Both the position numbers and the translations under genes were made by a program. DNA of 32,000 bases from Alkalilimnicola ehrlichii MLHE-1 (GTDB lineage Bacteria > Pseudomonadota > Gammaproteobacteria > Nitrococcales > Halorhodospiraceae). Shown one piece after another: positions 1 to 7,697 of the stretch (positions within the stretch are counted from its first letter, which is position 1; each line of letters begins with the position of its first letter). The stretch covers positions 1,860,001-1,892,000 of the forward strand of contig NC_008340.1 of assembly GCF_000014785.1 (NCBI RefSeq), in the 5' to 3' direction. The notes beneath the pieces are model-generated. The model had not been told where the DNA came from, did no database searches, and saw only the letters and a list, made by a program, of their open reading frames with translations.

Positions 1-2110
1 TACGCTTGAACTGGCCGGAACCTGGGAAGATCATCAGCTTCACCCCGCGCGGACCGAGATACTCCTTGTTTTCATGGTGTTGTGCGATATTGCTGACCAA
101 TCCCGCGAGCAGCGCGCGGTGGAGGGCCTCATAGTGGGTATCCAGCCACTCGGCGCACTGCTCCGTGGTCACGGTGTGCGGGCGGGCCAGCGGCGAGGCG
201 GCCGCCCCTTCGCTCCCGGTGGAGCGCAGGGGCCGGCCCGGCCCGCCCCCTGCGCCCTTGCGGTCCGCGCCGCCGGACAGGCCACTCACCAGCTCTCGGA
301 TCTGGCGGTGGATATCCAGCCACTCGCGCATCCGGTGCGGGCTCAGGAAGCGCTCGCGACACCATTGGCGAAGCTGGCGGTTACTGAGCCGGCGCTTCTG
401 GCGGTGGTAGTCCTGCCAGAGCAGCACCAGCGAGAGGAAGTCACTCTTCCCGTGCCGCCACTGGGCGTGCGCCTGATCGGCGGCCTGCTGGGCGTCCAGG
501 GGCCGCTCACGCGGGTCCTGGACCGAGAGTGCGGCGGCGATCACCAGCACCTCGTCCAGCACCCCCTGCTCGCGGGCAGCCAGCAACATCCGCCCTACCG
601 GCGGGTCCAGCGGCAGTCTTGCCAGTTGGCGTCCAAGGGCGGTGAGTTCGCGATCCTCCGTCACCGCGCCGAGTTCGTGCAGCAGTTTGAACCCATCGTT
701 GACGAACTTGTGCTCCGGCGGCTCGACGAAGGGAAACCGCTGGATATCCCCCAGGCCCAGGGCCTTCATCTGCAGGATGACGGCGGCCAGGTTGGTGCGC
801 TGGATCTCGGGGTCGGTGAACGCCGAACGGCCCGCAAAGTCCTCCTCGCTGTACAGGCGGATGGCCACCCCCGGGGCCTCCCGGCCGCAGCGCCCGGCCC
901 GCTGATTGGCGGAGGCCTGGCTGATCGGTTCGATGGGCAGACGCGAGACCTTGGTCCGGTAACTGTAGCGGTTAATGCGGGCGTAGCCGGAGTCCACTAC
1001 GTACCGGATGCCGGGCACGGTGACCGAAGTCTCGGCCACGTTGGTGGCCAGCACCACCCGACGGCCACCCCCCTTAGGGTTGAACACGCGCTGCTGCTCA
1101 GCGGCGGAGAGGCGGGCATACAAGGGCAGGACCTCGGTGTGCGGAGGGTGTTTCTTGCGCAGCGCTTCGGTGCACTCGCGGATCTCCCGCTCACCGGAGA
1201 GGAACACCAGCACGTCCCCCTGCCCCGGCTCCCGGGCCAGCTCATGCACCGCCTCCACCACGGCCCCAGGCAGGTCCTCGTCGCGCTCGTCCTCGTCGTC
1301 CACCATGGGCCGGTAGCGCACCTCCACCGGGTAGGTGCGGCCGCTGACCTCCAGGATCGGCGCCTCATCGAAATGCTTGGAGAAGCGCTCCGGGTCGATG
1401 GTGGCGGAGGTGATGATGACCTTCAGATCCGGCCGGCGGGGCAGCAGGCGCTTGAGGTAGCCGAGGATGAAGTCGATGTTGAGGCTGCGCTCGTGGGCCT
1501 CGTCGATAATCAGGGTGTCGTAGGCGTCCAAATGGCGGTCGCGCTGGATCTCTGCCAGGAGCATGCCGTCGGTGAGCAGTTTGAGGTGGGTACGCTCGCT
1601 CACCTGATCGGTGAAGCGCACCTTGTAGCCCACCGCCTCACCCAGCGCCGTCCCCAGCTCGTCGCTGATCCGCTGAGCGAGCGTGCGCGCCGCCAGGCGC
1701 CGCGGCTGGGTGTGGCCGATCCAACCGTGTACCCCGCGGCCCAGCGCCATGCAGATCTTAGGGATCTGGGTGGATTTCCCTGAGCCGGTGGCCCCGCAGA
1801 TCACCACCACCTGGTGGTCGCGGATCGCCTCACGCAGGTCGTCCAGCCGCTGGTTGACGGGCAGCGACGGGTCAAAGCGGGGGCTGGGCAGGTTCGCCGC
1901 GCGGGTCTCGGCCCGTTGGCAGGCCACGGCGATGTCCCGCTCCAGCTTCACCAACCCCTTGTCGAAGGGCTTGCCGTCGTGGGCACGACGCTCCAGGCCG
2001 GCAAGCCGCTTGCGCAGGGCCGGGCGCGCCGGGCCAAAGGCCCGGTCGATGCGGGGCCGAAGTTGCCGGAGGGCGTCGGGAAGGTTGCGGCGGCGTGCTC
2101 TGGCAGTCAT
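1..2110 (-). CDS. hrpA: ATP-dependent RNA helicase HrpA (DEAH-box), N-terminal ~703 codons; the 3' end runs off the left edge of the window
   Basis: Absent from the ORF track because it is edge-truncated. The reverse complement from ATG 2110..2108 reads MTARARRRNLPDALRQLRPRIDRAFGPARPALRKRLAGLERRA. Rc of 1741-1801 reads ICGATGSGKSTQIPKICMALG (Walker A; E. coli HrpA has GSGKTTQLPKICMELG). Rc of ~1491-1520 reads DTLIIDEAHER (DEAH box). Rc of 2-73 reads ENKEYLGPRGVKLMIFPGSGQFKR (E. coli HrpA has IFPGSGLFKK). All four stretches are in the same frame. Confidence 0.92.
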   Translation of the reverse strand, partial: MTARARRRNLPDALRQLRPRIDRAFGPARPALRKRLAGLERRAHDGKPFDKGLVKLERDIAVACQRAETRAANLPSPRFDPSLPVNQRLDDLREAIRDHQVVVICGATGSGKSTQIPKICMALGRGVHGWIGHTQPRRLAARTLAQRISDELGTALGEAVGYKVRFTDQVSERTHLKLLTDGMLLAEIQRDRHLDAYDTLIIDEAHERSLNIDFILGYLKRLLPRRPDLKVIITSATIDPERFSKHFDEAPILEVSGRTYPVEVRYRPMVDDEDERDEDLPGAVVEAVHELAREPGQGDVLVFLSGEREIRECTEALRKKHPPHTEVLPLYARLSAAEQQRVFNPKGGGRRVVLATNVAETSVTVPGIRYVVDSGYARINRYSYRTKVSRLPIEPISQASANQRAGRCGREAPGVAIRLYSEEDFAGRSAFTDPEIQRTNLAAVILQMKALGLGDIQRFPFVEPPEHKFVNDGFKLLHELGAVTEDRELTALGRQLARLPLDPPVGRMLLAAREQGVLDEVLVIAAALSVQDPRERPLDAQQAADQAHAQWRHGKSDFLSLVLLWQDYHRQKRRLSNRQLRQWCRERFLSPHRMREWLDIHRQIRELVSGLSGGADRKGAGGGPGRPLRSTGSEGAAASPLARPHTVTTEQCAEWLDTHYEALHRALLAGLVSNIAQHHENKEYLGPRGVKLMIFPGSGQFKR

Positions 2111-2142
2111 GCGGGCATTGTAAGCGACCGGCCCGCGCCGGG

Positions 2143-2715
2143 TCAGACCGCCTTGTACTTACGCGGCTCCAGCCGCAGCGGCTGCACCGTCCAACCCGAC
2201 TCGCTGCACTCCAGGATAAGGCAGGAGGGCCCGGCCTTGGTCCGGGTGCGCCCCGCCGCGCCCGGATTCAGCACCCAGGGGGTCTTCTCATCGTCCACCA
2301 CCAGCTCATGGCTGTGCCCATAAACGATGGCCTGGACGTCCGGGTAGTCCGCACGCAGGTTGTCATGCCGTACCGCCGGCCGGCCGGCGCGTTCCCCGTG
2401 CACCACGGCGAGCTGCCCGCCGGGCAGGTCGAGCACCACCTCCTCGGGCAGGGTGTCGAGCATGTGCACCTCGTGAGAGGGCCAGGTCTCGGGCACATCG
2501 CCGTTGCCCTTCACCGCTACCAGTTCCTCCCGCGGCTGCATCGCCAGCAGCACGGCGGCACCGCCGATATCGCCGGCGTGCACGGCCAGATCGCACTCGG
2601 CGATCTCGTCGGCGATGCGGGGGTCGAGGAAACCATGGGTGTCGGCCACGATGGCCACGCGCAGGGCGCGGGGAGGAGTGGTGCCGGTCCCGGCCTGGTG
2701 CTGCTGTTGGGCCAT
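2143..2715 (-). CDS. Metallophosphoesterase, YfcE/MJ0936 family
   Basis: Motifs RVAIVADTHG, VHAGDIGG, VKGNGD and VYGHSHE are typical of the calcineurin-like MJ0936/YfcE phosphodiesterase family. I prefer the ATG at 2715 (MAQQQHQ), 5 nt after the thrH stop, over the longer ORF start at 2760, which would overlap thrH. Confidence 0.8.
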   Translation of the reverse strand: MAQQQHQAGTGTTPPRALRVAIVADTHGFLDPRIADEIAECDLAVHAGDIGGAAVLLAMQPREELVAVKGNGDVPETWPSHEVHMLDTLPEEVVLDLPGGQLAVVHGERAGRPAVRHDNLRADYPDVQAIVYGHSHELVVDDEKTPWVLNPGAAGRTRTKAGPSCLILECSESGWTVQPLRLEPRKYKAV

Positions 2716-2719
2716 ATCG

Positions 2720-3334
2720 TTACCCATCCATCCTGGCGAAGGCCTCGTCCACCCGGGCACGCAGACTGTCGTAGTCGTTCACCAGGGGGAATTGCGGGAA
2801 TTCATCCACCACGTTCCGGGGCGCGCGAAACAGGATGCCTGCATCCGCAGCCCCCAGCATGGTGGTGTCGTTGTAGGAATCGCCGGCCGCCACGGTGCGG
2901 AAATTCAAGCCCCGGAATGCCTCCACCGCCTTGCGCTTGTGATCGCGCAGGCGCAGGTGATAGGCGCTGATGCGCCCGTCCGGCTCCACGCCCAGCTTAT
3001 GGCAGAAGAGCGTCGGCCAGGCCAGCTGACGCATCAGCGGCCGTGCGAACTCATAGAAGGTATCGGAGAGGATGACCACCTGGTACTGCTCCCGCAGGCC
3101 GTCCAGAAAGGCCTTGGCCCCTTCCAGAGGCGCCATACGGTCGATGACCTGCTCGATGTCGGGCAGCCCCAGCTCGTGCTTGGCCAGCACGGAGAGCCGC
3201 ATCCGCATGAGCTCGTCGTAGTCCGGCACGTCGCGGGTGGTGGCGCGCAACTCGTCGATGCCGGTGAGCTCCGCGAAATCGATCCAGATTTCCGGGACCA
3301 GCACCCCTTCGAGATCCAGGCAGACAATGTTCAA
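2720..3334 (-). CDS. thrH: Phosphoserine phosphatase / homoserine phosphotransferase ThrH (HAD superfamily)
   Basis: Near full-length resemblance to Pseudomonas aeruginosa ThrH as I recall it (CLDLEGVLVPEIWI.FAE.TGID.L.ATTRD.PDYD.LM..RL, VVILSDTFYEF..PLMRQL..PTL.CHKL, AAGDSYNDTTML, EFPQFP). The start codon is TTG (rc of 3332..3334), with AGAGGA 7 nt upstream. Confidence 0.88.
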   Translation of the reverse strand: MNIVCLDLEGVLVPEIWIDFAELTGIDELRATTRDVPDYDELMRMRLSVLAKHELGLPDIEQVIDRMAPLEGAKAFLDGLREQYQVVILSDTFYEFARPLMRQLAWPTLFCHKLGVEPDGRISAYHLRLRDHKRKAVEAFRGLNFRTVAAGDSYNDTTMLGAADAGILFRAPRNVVDEFPQFPLVNDYDSLRARVDEAFARMDG

Positions 3335-3569
3335 GACGTCATCCTCTCTGATTGTTGCAACGCGGAAACGGCGCGACGCCGGAAGCGGCGCCCAAGTTAT
3401 TCATTTTGGCCCCCCGACGCAAGCACTGGGAGCCGCCGCGACCGTTGCTGCAGCACAGCATCGAGAGCCCCCCGCCCCGCTGCGCGGGCGCGAATCAGCG
3501 AGGAACGGCGGGGCTGCCATGGCGAGGGCCGCGGGTTTTCGGTCGTCATCGCGAGGGGGGCGCCCCACC

Positions 3570-3654
3570 CGTCATCGCGAGGGCCGAAGGCCCGCGGCGA
3601 TCCAGGGCGGTAGACTGCCACGTCGGCTTCGCCTCCTCGCAGTGACGGTGGGGG
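3570..3654. repeat. Palindromic extragenic element, copy A (~85 nt imperfect hairpin)
   Basis: The sequence is cGTCATCGCGAGGGCCGAAGGCCCGCGGCGATCCAGGGCGGTAGACTGCCACGTCGGCTTCGCCTCCTCGCAGTGACGGTGGGGG. The terminal arms CGTCATCGCGAGG and CCTCGCAGTGACG are complementary at 11 of 13 positions, and there is an internal GGGCC-GAA-GGCCC hairpin. A truncated left arm (GTCATCGCGAGGGGGG) sits just upstream at 3544-3559. Confidence 0.8.
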
Positions 3655-3710
3655 CGACCTTCCGCTTCCGGCACAGTCAAGTTCTTCAAGAGGGCCGAAG
3701 GCTTTCCCCT

Positions 3711-3795
3711 CGTCATCGCGAGGGCCGAAGGCCCGTGGCGATCCAGGGCGGTAGACTGCCACGTCGGCTTCGCCTCCTCGCAGTGACGGTGGGGG
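3711..3795. repeat. Palindromic extragenic element, copy B (83/84 identical to copy A, offset 141 bp)
   Basis: Direct comparison of 3712-3795 with 3571-3654 shows a single C/T difference (CCCGCGGCG versus CCCGTGGCG). Its right arm continues into the tandem array. Confidence 0.85.
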
Positions 3796-3916
3796 GTGGG
3801 TCCTCGTTCGCAGTGACGGTGGGGGTGGGTCCTCGTTCGCAGTGACGGTGGGGGTGGTCCTCGTTCGCAGTGACGGTGGGGGTGGGTCCTCGTTCGCAGT
3901 GAGGGTAGGGGGCGCC
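3779..3916. repeat. Tandem repeat of four 28-30-bp units plus a degenerate fifth, derived from the right arm of the palindromic element
   Basis: Units CGCAGTGACGGTGGGGG(G)TGG(G)TCCTCGTT lie at 3779-3808, 3809-3837, 3838-3865 and 3866-3894. A degenerate unit CGCAGTGAGGGTAGGGGGCGCC lies at 3895-3916. The units are contiguous, with no spacers. Confidence 0.9.
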
Positions 3917-4095
3917 CGCAGCGTCTGGCCAAGTTCATCAAGAGAGATGATCGGACGCAGGAACGGTTGTTATGCCATTGGCGCGCAAGGTGGTTTAGAC
4001 TGTATGCCGGACTGGGTCAGGCTCCAGCGGCCTTGGCCCGAACACCGAAGTGCAACCGCGATCGCGGAATGAGGCAATGAGGAGGACGTAAACCC

Positions 4096-4767
4096 ATGAC
4101 AGACCGCTACCAGGCCCCAGCCCCGGCGCGGCCGGCCGAGTCGGTACTGGCCACCAACAAGGTCATCCGCAACACCTACATGCTGCTGTCCATGACGCTG
4201 CTCTTCAGCGCGGCCATGGCCGGCGTCTCCATGGTGCTTCAGGTACCGCACCCCGGGGTGATCATCACCCTGGTGGGCTATTTCGGCCTGCTGTTCCTGG
4301 TCAGCTATCTGCGTAACAGCATCTGGGCACTGCCTGCTGTATTCGCCCTCACCGGCTTCATGGGCTTTACCCTGGGGCCGATTGTCAGCGCCTACCTGGC
4401 CCTGCCCAACGGGGGGCAGATCGTCATGCAGGCCTTTGGCGGCACCGCCGCCATCTTCCTGTCGCTGTCGGCCTACGCCCTGACCTCGCGCAAGGACTTC
4501 AGCTTCATGGGCGGGTTCCTGTTCGCCGGCATCATCGTGGCCTTTCTGGCCGGGCTGGCGGCGATCTTTTTCCAGATGCCCATGCTCTCGCTGGCGGTCA
4601 GCGTGATGTTCGTGCTGCTGATGTCCGGTCTCATCCTGTGGGAGACCAGCAACATCATCCACGGCGGCGAGACCAACTACGTCATGGCCACCGTCACCCT
4701 GTTTGTGGCCATCTTCAACCTGTTCATCAGCCTCCTGAACATCCTCGGCGTGATGAACAGCGACTGA
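4096..4767 (+). CDS. Bax inhibitor-1 / YccA family inner-membrane protein
   Basis: 223 aa with about 7 TM helices. It has the family-typical N-terminus (VLATNKVIRNTYMLLSMTL) and C-terminal region (ILWETSNIIHGGETNYVMATVTLFVAIFNLFISLLNILG). GGAGGA lies 8 nt upstream of the ATG. Confidence 0.9.
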   Translation: MTDRYQAPAPARPAESVLATNKVIRNTYMLLSMTLLFSAAMAGVSMVLQVPHPGVIITLVGYFGLLFLVSYLRNSIWALPAVFALTGFMGFTLGPIVSAYLALPNGGQIVMQAFGGTAAIFLSLSAYALTSRKDFSFMGGFLFAGIIVAFLAGLAAIFFQMPMLSLAVSVMFVLLMSGLILWETSNIIHGGETNYVMATVTLFVAIFNLFISLLNILGVMNSD

Positions 4768-4802
4768 GCCCGGAGGCCGCCTCGGCGGCAGCGAGCGCTG
4801 CT

Positions 4803-4837
4803 AAGGGCCCCGCCTCCGGCGGGGCCCTTTCGTTTCC
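4803..4837. terminator. Bidirectional rho-independent terminator between convergent genes
   Basis: A perfect 12-bp stem AAGGGCCCCGCC / GGCGGGGCCCTT (4803-4814 / 4818-4829) has a 3-nt loop, followed by TCGTTTCC on the plus strand. Confidence 0.75.
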
Positions 4838-4903
4838 GCAAGGTATCGGCCGCCACCCCGGCAGCGGTTAGCAAGGCACCGGTACAGGGCCAGCGGGTCC
4901 GGC

Positions 4904-6481
4904 TCAGGGCATGACGTCGGCGACCGACCCCATAGTGCGCACCCACGGCCCGGAGGCACGCACTGCCTCCGGCAGGGCGTCTATGGCATCGCGCGCGGCC
5001 TCGCGGTCGGCGTGGCTGCCCACGAGGACCAGATACCAGTCATTGCCCTGGCGTCGGGTCAACACTAGGTGGGCATCCTCCTCAAGCCCGTGGCGGCTCA
5101 GGTAGGGCAGTAGGGTCTCGGCACCTCCGGCGGCCAGGACCTGGATGGTGTAGTGATCAGCGGGCTGACCGCGCGCCCAGTCCTCACCGCGCGCCAGCCA
5201 GGCCTCCACCCCATCCGCGTCAGCCGCCGGTTCCTCGGTCCTTTCGTCGGCGGCCTCCGGCTCCGGTTCGGGGACCGGGGCACTCGGTTCGGGCTCCGGT
5301 GCCGCGATCTCCGGCTCCGGTTGCGGTTCTGCCTGTAGTTGCGGCTCGGGATCTGGCACCGGGGTTTCCTCCGGCTGGCGGTCGCTCTCCGTCGGCGCTT
5401 CCCCCTGCTCCGGCGCCAACGGGTCGTCGCGGGTCATGCCCAGCGGCAGGTGGTCCGTTGCTCCCTCGTCCGGACGCACGGTCTCCGGGTCGGCCTGGCT
5501 CAGCTGCGGCAGATCGAGCGTCAGCTCATCGTCGACGATTTCCGCATCTTCCCCGCCACCGCCCGTGAACAGGTTAATGGCCAGCAGCCCGCCGATCACG
5601 ACCACCACGCCACCCGCCAGCAGGTGCCGCGCCCGACCCTGAGGCGCCCGCACCCGGAACCCCGACAGATCGGGCCAGGCCAGCGCGAACCCCCGCCCTC
5701 CCCGGGTCGCCTTGTCCTGGAGCAGGTCCCGCGCCGCCAGATTGACGAAGCCGGGCCGCCCCCCCGAACGCTCGAAGATCCGCTCCACATCCTTGCGGCT
5801 GAGCAGGTCGGGCTCGCCGCCGGCCAACTGAAACCGATGCCGCAGGTAGCGTTCCGTCTGATCCAAGTCGTAGGGGTAGAGGGTGATGTTATAAACCCGC
5901 GCCGGATCCAGCCGGGTACCGGCCAGGTAGCCCTCCTCGCTGCCCTCCACGCCCGGGTCCAGCGCCGCCACCAGCCCGAACCCCTCGCCCGCCTCGGCCA
6001 TTTCAGTCCAGAAATCGAGCAGTTGGCCCGCGGTGTCGTCCGCCAGATCGTGGGCGTCGTCGATCAGCAGCACCGGGCGCATGCCGCGCCGGTTCATTGC
6101 CTGGATCAGGTTCACCAATTGGGTATGGCGGACGTGATCACCGTGGTCAGTGTCCGGATCCAGGCGCTCCAGATAGTCGAGCCAGATATCGCTGAACAGC
6201 AGGTCCGGGTCGGCGACGCAGGGTTGGAAGTCCACCCCCGGCTGAGCGGAGTCCAGCAACTTGCGCAGGAAGGTGGACTTGCCCAGGCCAGGCTCGCCCC
6301 GGACGAGCAGGACGCGCTCCCCGGTCTGCAGCAGGTTCAAGGCCACATTGACTTGGGTGCGGTAGGCGGCGTCCTCGAAGATCGCGGGTCCGTGCGGCCG
6401 GTCCCCGAAGGGTTGTTCCAGCAGACCCAGCCGATGGAGGCTGGCGGGAGGCAGGATGGCCTTAAACGCTTGGTCACTCAT
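4904..6481 (-). CDS. ExeA-like AAA+ ATPase with one TM segment, a Pro/Glu-rich linker and a C-terminal SPOR (septal peptidoglycan-binding) domain
   Basis: Walker A is VRGEPGLGKSTF and Walker B is VLLIDDAHDL. The TM segment is HLLAGGVVVVIGGLLAINLF. The low-complexity stretch is PEPQLQAEPQPEPEIAAPEPEPSAPVPEPEPEA. The C-terminal part HYTIQVLAAGGAE...DWYLVLVGSHADREAARDAIDALP matches the SPOR pattern. Confidence 0.8.
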   Translation of the reverse strand: MSDQAFKAILPPASLHRLGLLEQPFGDRPHGPAIFEDAAYRTQVNVALNLLQTGERVLLVRGEPGLGKSTFLRKLLDSAQPGVDFQPCVADPDLLFSDIWLDYLERLDPDTDHGDHVRHTQLVNLIQAMNRRGMRPVLLIDDAHDLADDTAGQLLDFWTEMAEAGEGFGLVAALDPGVEGSEEGYLAGTRLDPARVYNITLYPYDLDQTERYLRHRFQLAGGEPDLLSRKDVERIFERSGGRPGFVNLAARDLLQDKATRGGRGFALAWPDLSGFRVRAPQGRARHLLAGGVVVVIGGLLAINLFTGGGGEDAEIVDDELTLDLPQLSQADPETVRPDEGATDHLPLGMTRDDPLAPEQGEAPTESDRQPEETPVPDPEPQLQAEPQPEPEIAAPEPEPSAPVPEPEPEAADERTEEPAADADGVEAWLARGEDWARGQPADHYTIQVLAAGGAETLLPYLSRHGLEEDAHLVLTRRQGNDWYLVLVGSHADREAARDAIDALPEAVRASGPWVRTMGSVADVMP

Positions 6482-6573
6482 TCCCTGTCAGGCTCCGCGC
6501 TTGGGTTGCACTCTTCACCTGCAGTCTAACAGAGCAGGCCTTATGACACCGCAGGGTTGGTGGCCCAAAAGCG

Positions 6574-6608
6574 AAAAAAGCCCGGCCGCCTGAACGGCGA
6601 CCGGGCTT
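6574..6608 (-). terminator. Rho-independent terminator downstream of tRNA-Glu
   Basis: The minus strand reads GCCCGGTCGCC-GTTCA-GGCGGCCGGGC followed by TTTTTT. The stem is 11 bp with one G-U pair. Confidence 0.8.
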
Positions 6609-6615
6609 CTCGATC

Positions 6616-6691
6616 TGGCGTCCCCAAGGGGATTCGAACCCCTGTCGCCGCCGTGAAAGGGCGGTGTCCTAGGCCTCTAGACGATGGGGAC
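6616..6691 (-). tRNA. tRNA-Glu (anticodon UUC), CCA encoded
   Basis: The rc reads GTCCCCATCGTCTAGAGGCCTAGGACACCGCCCTTTCACGGCGGCGACAGGGGTTCGAATCCCCTTGGGGACGCCA. It is 76 nt and nearly identical to E. coli tRNA-Glu(UUC). The anticodon loop is CTTTCAC. Confidence 0.96.
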
Positions 6692-6720
6692 TGAGACCTG
6701 CCTCGCGGCAAGTGGAGCGC

Positions 6721-6749
6721 ATTATGCGGATCGCCCCCGGGGCTGTCAA
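6721..6749 (-). promoter_or_regulatory. Sigma-70 promoter for tRNA-Glu: TTGACA-N17-CATAAT with a GC-rich discriminator
   Basis: The minus strand has TTGACA (6749..6744), a 17-nt spacer, CATAAT (6726..6721) and then GCGCTCC. The tRNA 5' end lies about 30 nt downstream. The -35 hexamer overlaps the TGA stop (6748..6746) of the AraC gene. Confidence 0.65.
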
Positions 6750-7621
6750 GACTCCCCGGCCCCGGGCGCCGTGGGCGGGCGCAAGGACAGTACCCGCCCA
6801 CGGTACTCGGCTGGGGTGCAGGCGCCGAACTCACGGAATTCCCGGGTCATGTGGCTCTGGTCGGCGTACCCTGCCTGACGGGCGATCGCGGCCAGCGGGC
6901 GCTGATCCCCCGCCGCCAGCCGCCGATGCACGCGCGCGAAACGCAGTCGCCTCGCTGCCGCCTTTGGCGTCAGCCCGACGAACTGGCGGAACCGGGCAGC
7001 CAGATAGCGGTGGCTCCAGCCGAGCTCCCGTACGAGTTGGTCAACCCCCACCGTTCCGCCACTGCGCTGCAGGTGGTGCCAGGCCCACTGCACCTCCGTC
7101 GGCGCCCTGCCCCGCCTCGGCCGCTGCCGCAAGCGCAGGCAGAGGAAGGTCTCCAGAGCGGCCAGGCGCGCCTGCCAGTCAGGGTGACCGCGCAGGCATT
7201 CGCTCAGCGCCGGCGCATCGGGGCCCAACACATCCTCCAAGGCAATGGGGCTGCTGCCGAGGGCACCGGGCGCCACACCCAGGATCTCGGCGAGGGCCCA
7301 GGGCGTCAGGTTGATTTCGACAAAAAAACACCGCCCCCGGAGCCGGCATAGCAACGGCCCTTGCTCCGGGCCCACCAGAAAACTCTGCAACCGATCCGCG
7401 GGTTGGTCGGCGGCCCCAAGGCCTTGGAGCCGGACACAATCACCGAACCCCACGACCAGAAGCGGATGGCCCCGGCTCAGTTCCACCCACTCAACCCCCT
7501 CGCTGAGGTCCGCCTCCAATGCCAGATAGCGGCCGACATCGCCCCGCAGCCCGGCCGATGGGAAACGGCCCAGGAGCTCCCACGGCACCGGCCGGGGCGA
7601 ATGCTCCGCTGCCTGAGGCAC
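6746..7621 (-). CDS. AraC/XylS-family transcriptional regulator
   Basis: The C-terminal double HTH reads GVDQLVRELGWSHRYLAARFRQFVGLTPKAAARRLRFARV...LAAIARQAGYADQSHMTREFREFGACTPAEY. The start is GTG, with AGGG 9 nt upstream. Confidence 0.85.
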   Translation of the reverse strand: MPQAAEHSPRPVPWELLGRFPSAGLRGDVGRYLALEADLSEGVEWVELSRGHPLLVVGFGDCVRLQGLGAADQPADRLQSFLVGPEQGPLLCRLRGRCFFVEINLTPWALAEILGVAPGALGSSPIALEDVLGPDAPALSECLRGHPDWQARLAALETFLCLRLRQRPRRGRAPTEVQWAWHHLQRSGGTVGVDQLVRELGWSHRYLAARFRQFVGLTPKAAARRLRFARVHRRLAAGDQRPLAAIARQAGYADQSHMTREFREFGACTPAEYRGRVLSLRPPTAPGAGES

Positions 7622-7697
7622 TTTCGTGACCCTCGCTACAGGTTTGTCCTCTCAGCATAGCGCAGCGCCGGGCGGTCGAAAGGGCCCAGGGCGGCCG

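Noticed and set aside
74-1783. 569-aa plus-strand ORF, the longest call in the track at the left end
   Set aside because: Its translation is Arg/Gly/Leu/Pro-rich with no motifs. The opposite strand encodes an unmistakable HrpA helicase (GSGKST, DEAH, IFPGSGQFK) in one continuous frame from 2110 to the window edge. The plus ORF is an antisense shadow caused by high GC.
3779-3916. Possible CRISPR array (28-30-bp repeats)
   Set aside because: The units are directly contiguous with no spacers. There are no cas genes in the window, and the unit is derived from the neighbouring palindromic element. This is a tandem repeat, not a CRISPR array.
3397-3941. Three overlapping ORFs (121, 131 and 202 aa) in the thrH / BI-1 intergenic region with internally repeated peptide sequence
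   Set aside because: Their repetitive peptides (for example PHRHCEEAKPTWQSTALD twice, PPPSLRTRTHPHRHCERG twice) simply mirror the DNA repeats. They have no RBS or family resemblance. I treat them as translation artefacts of palindromic and tandem repeats.
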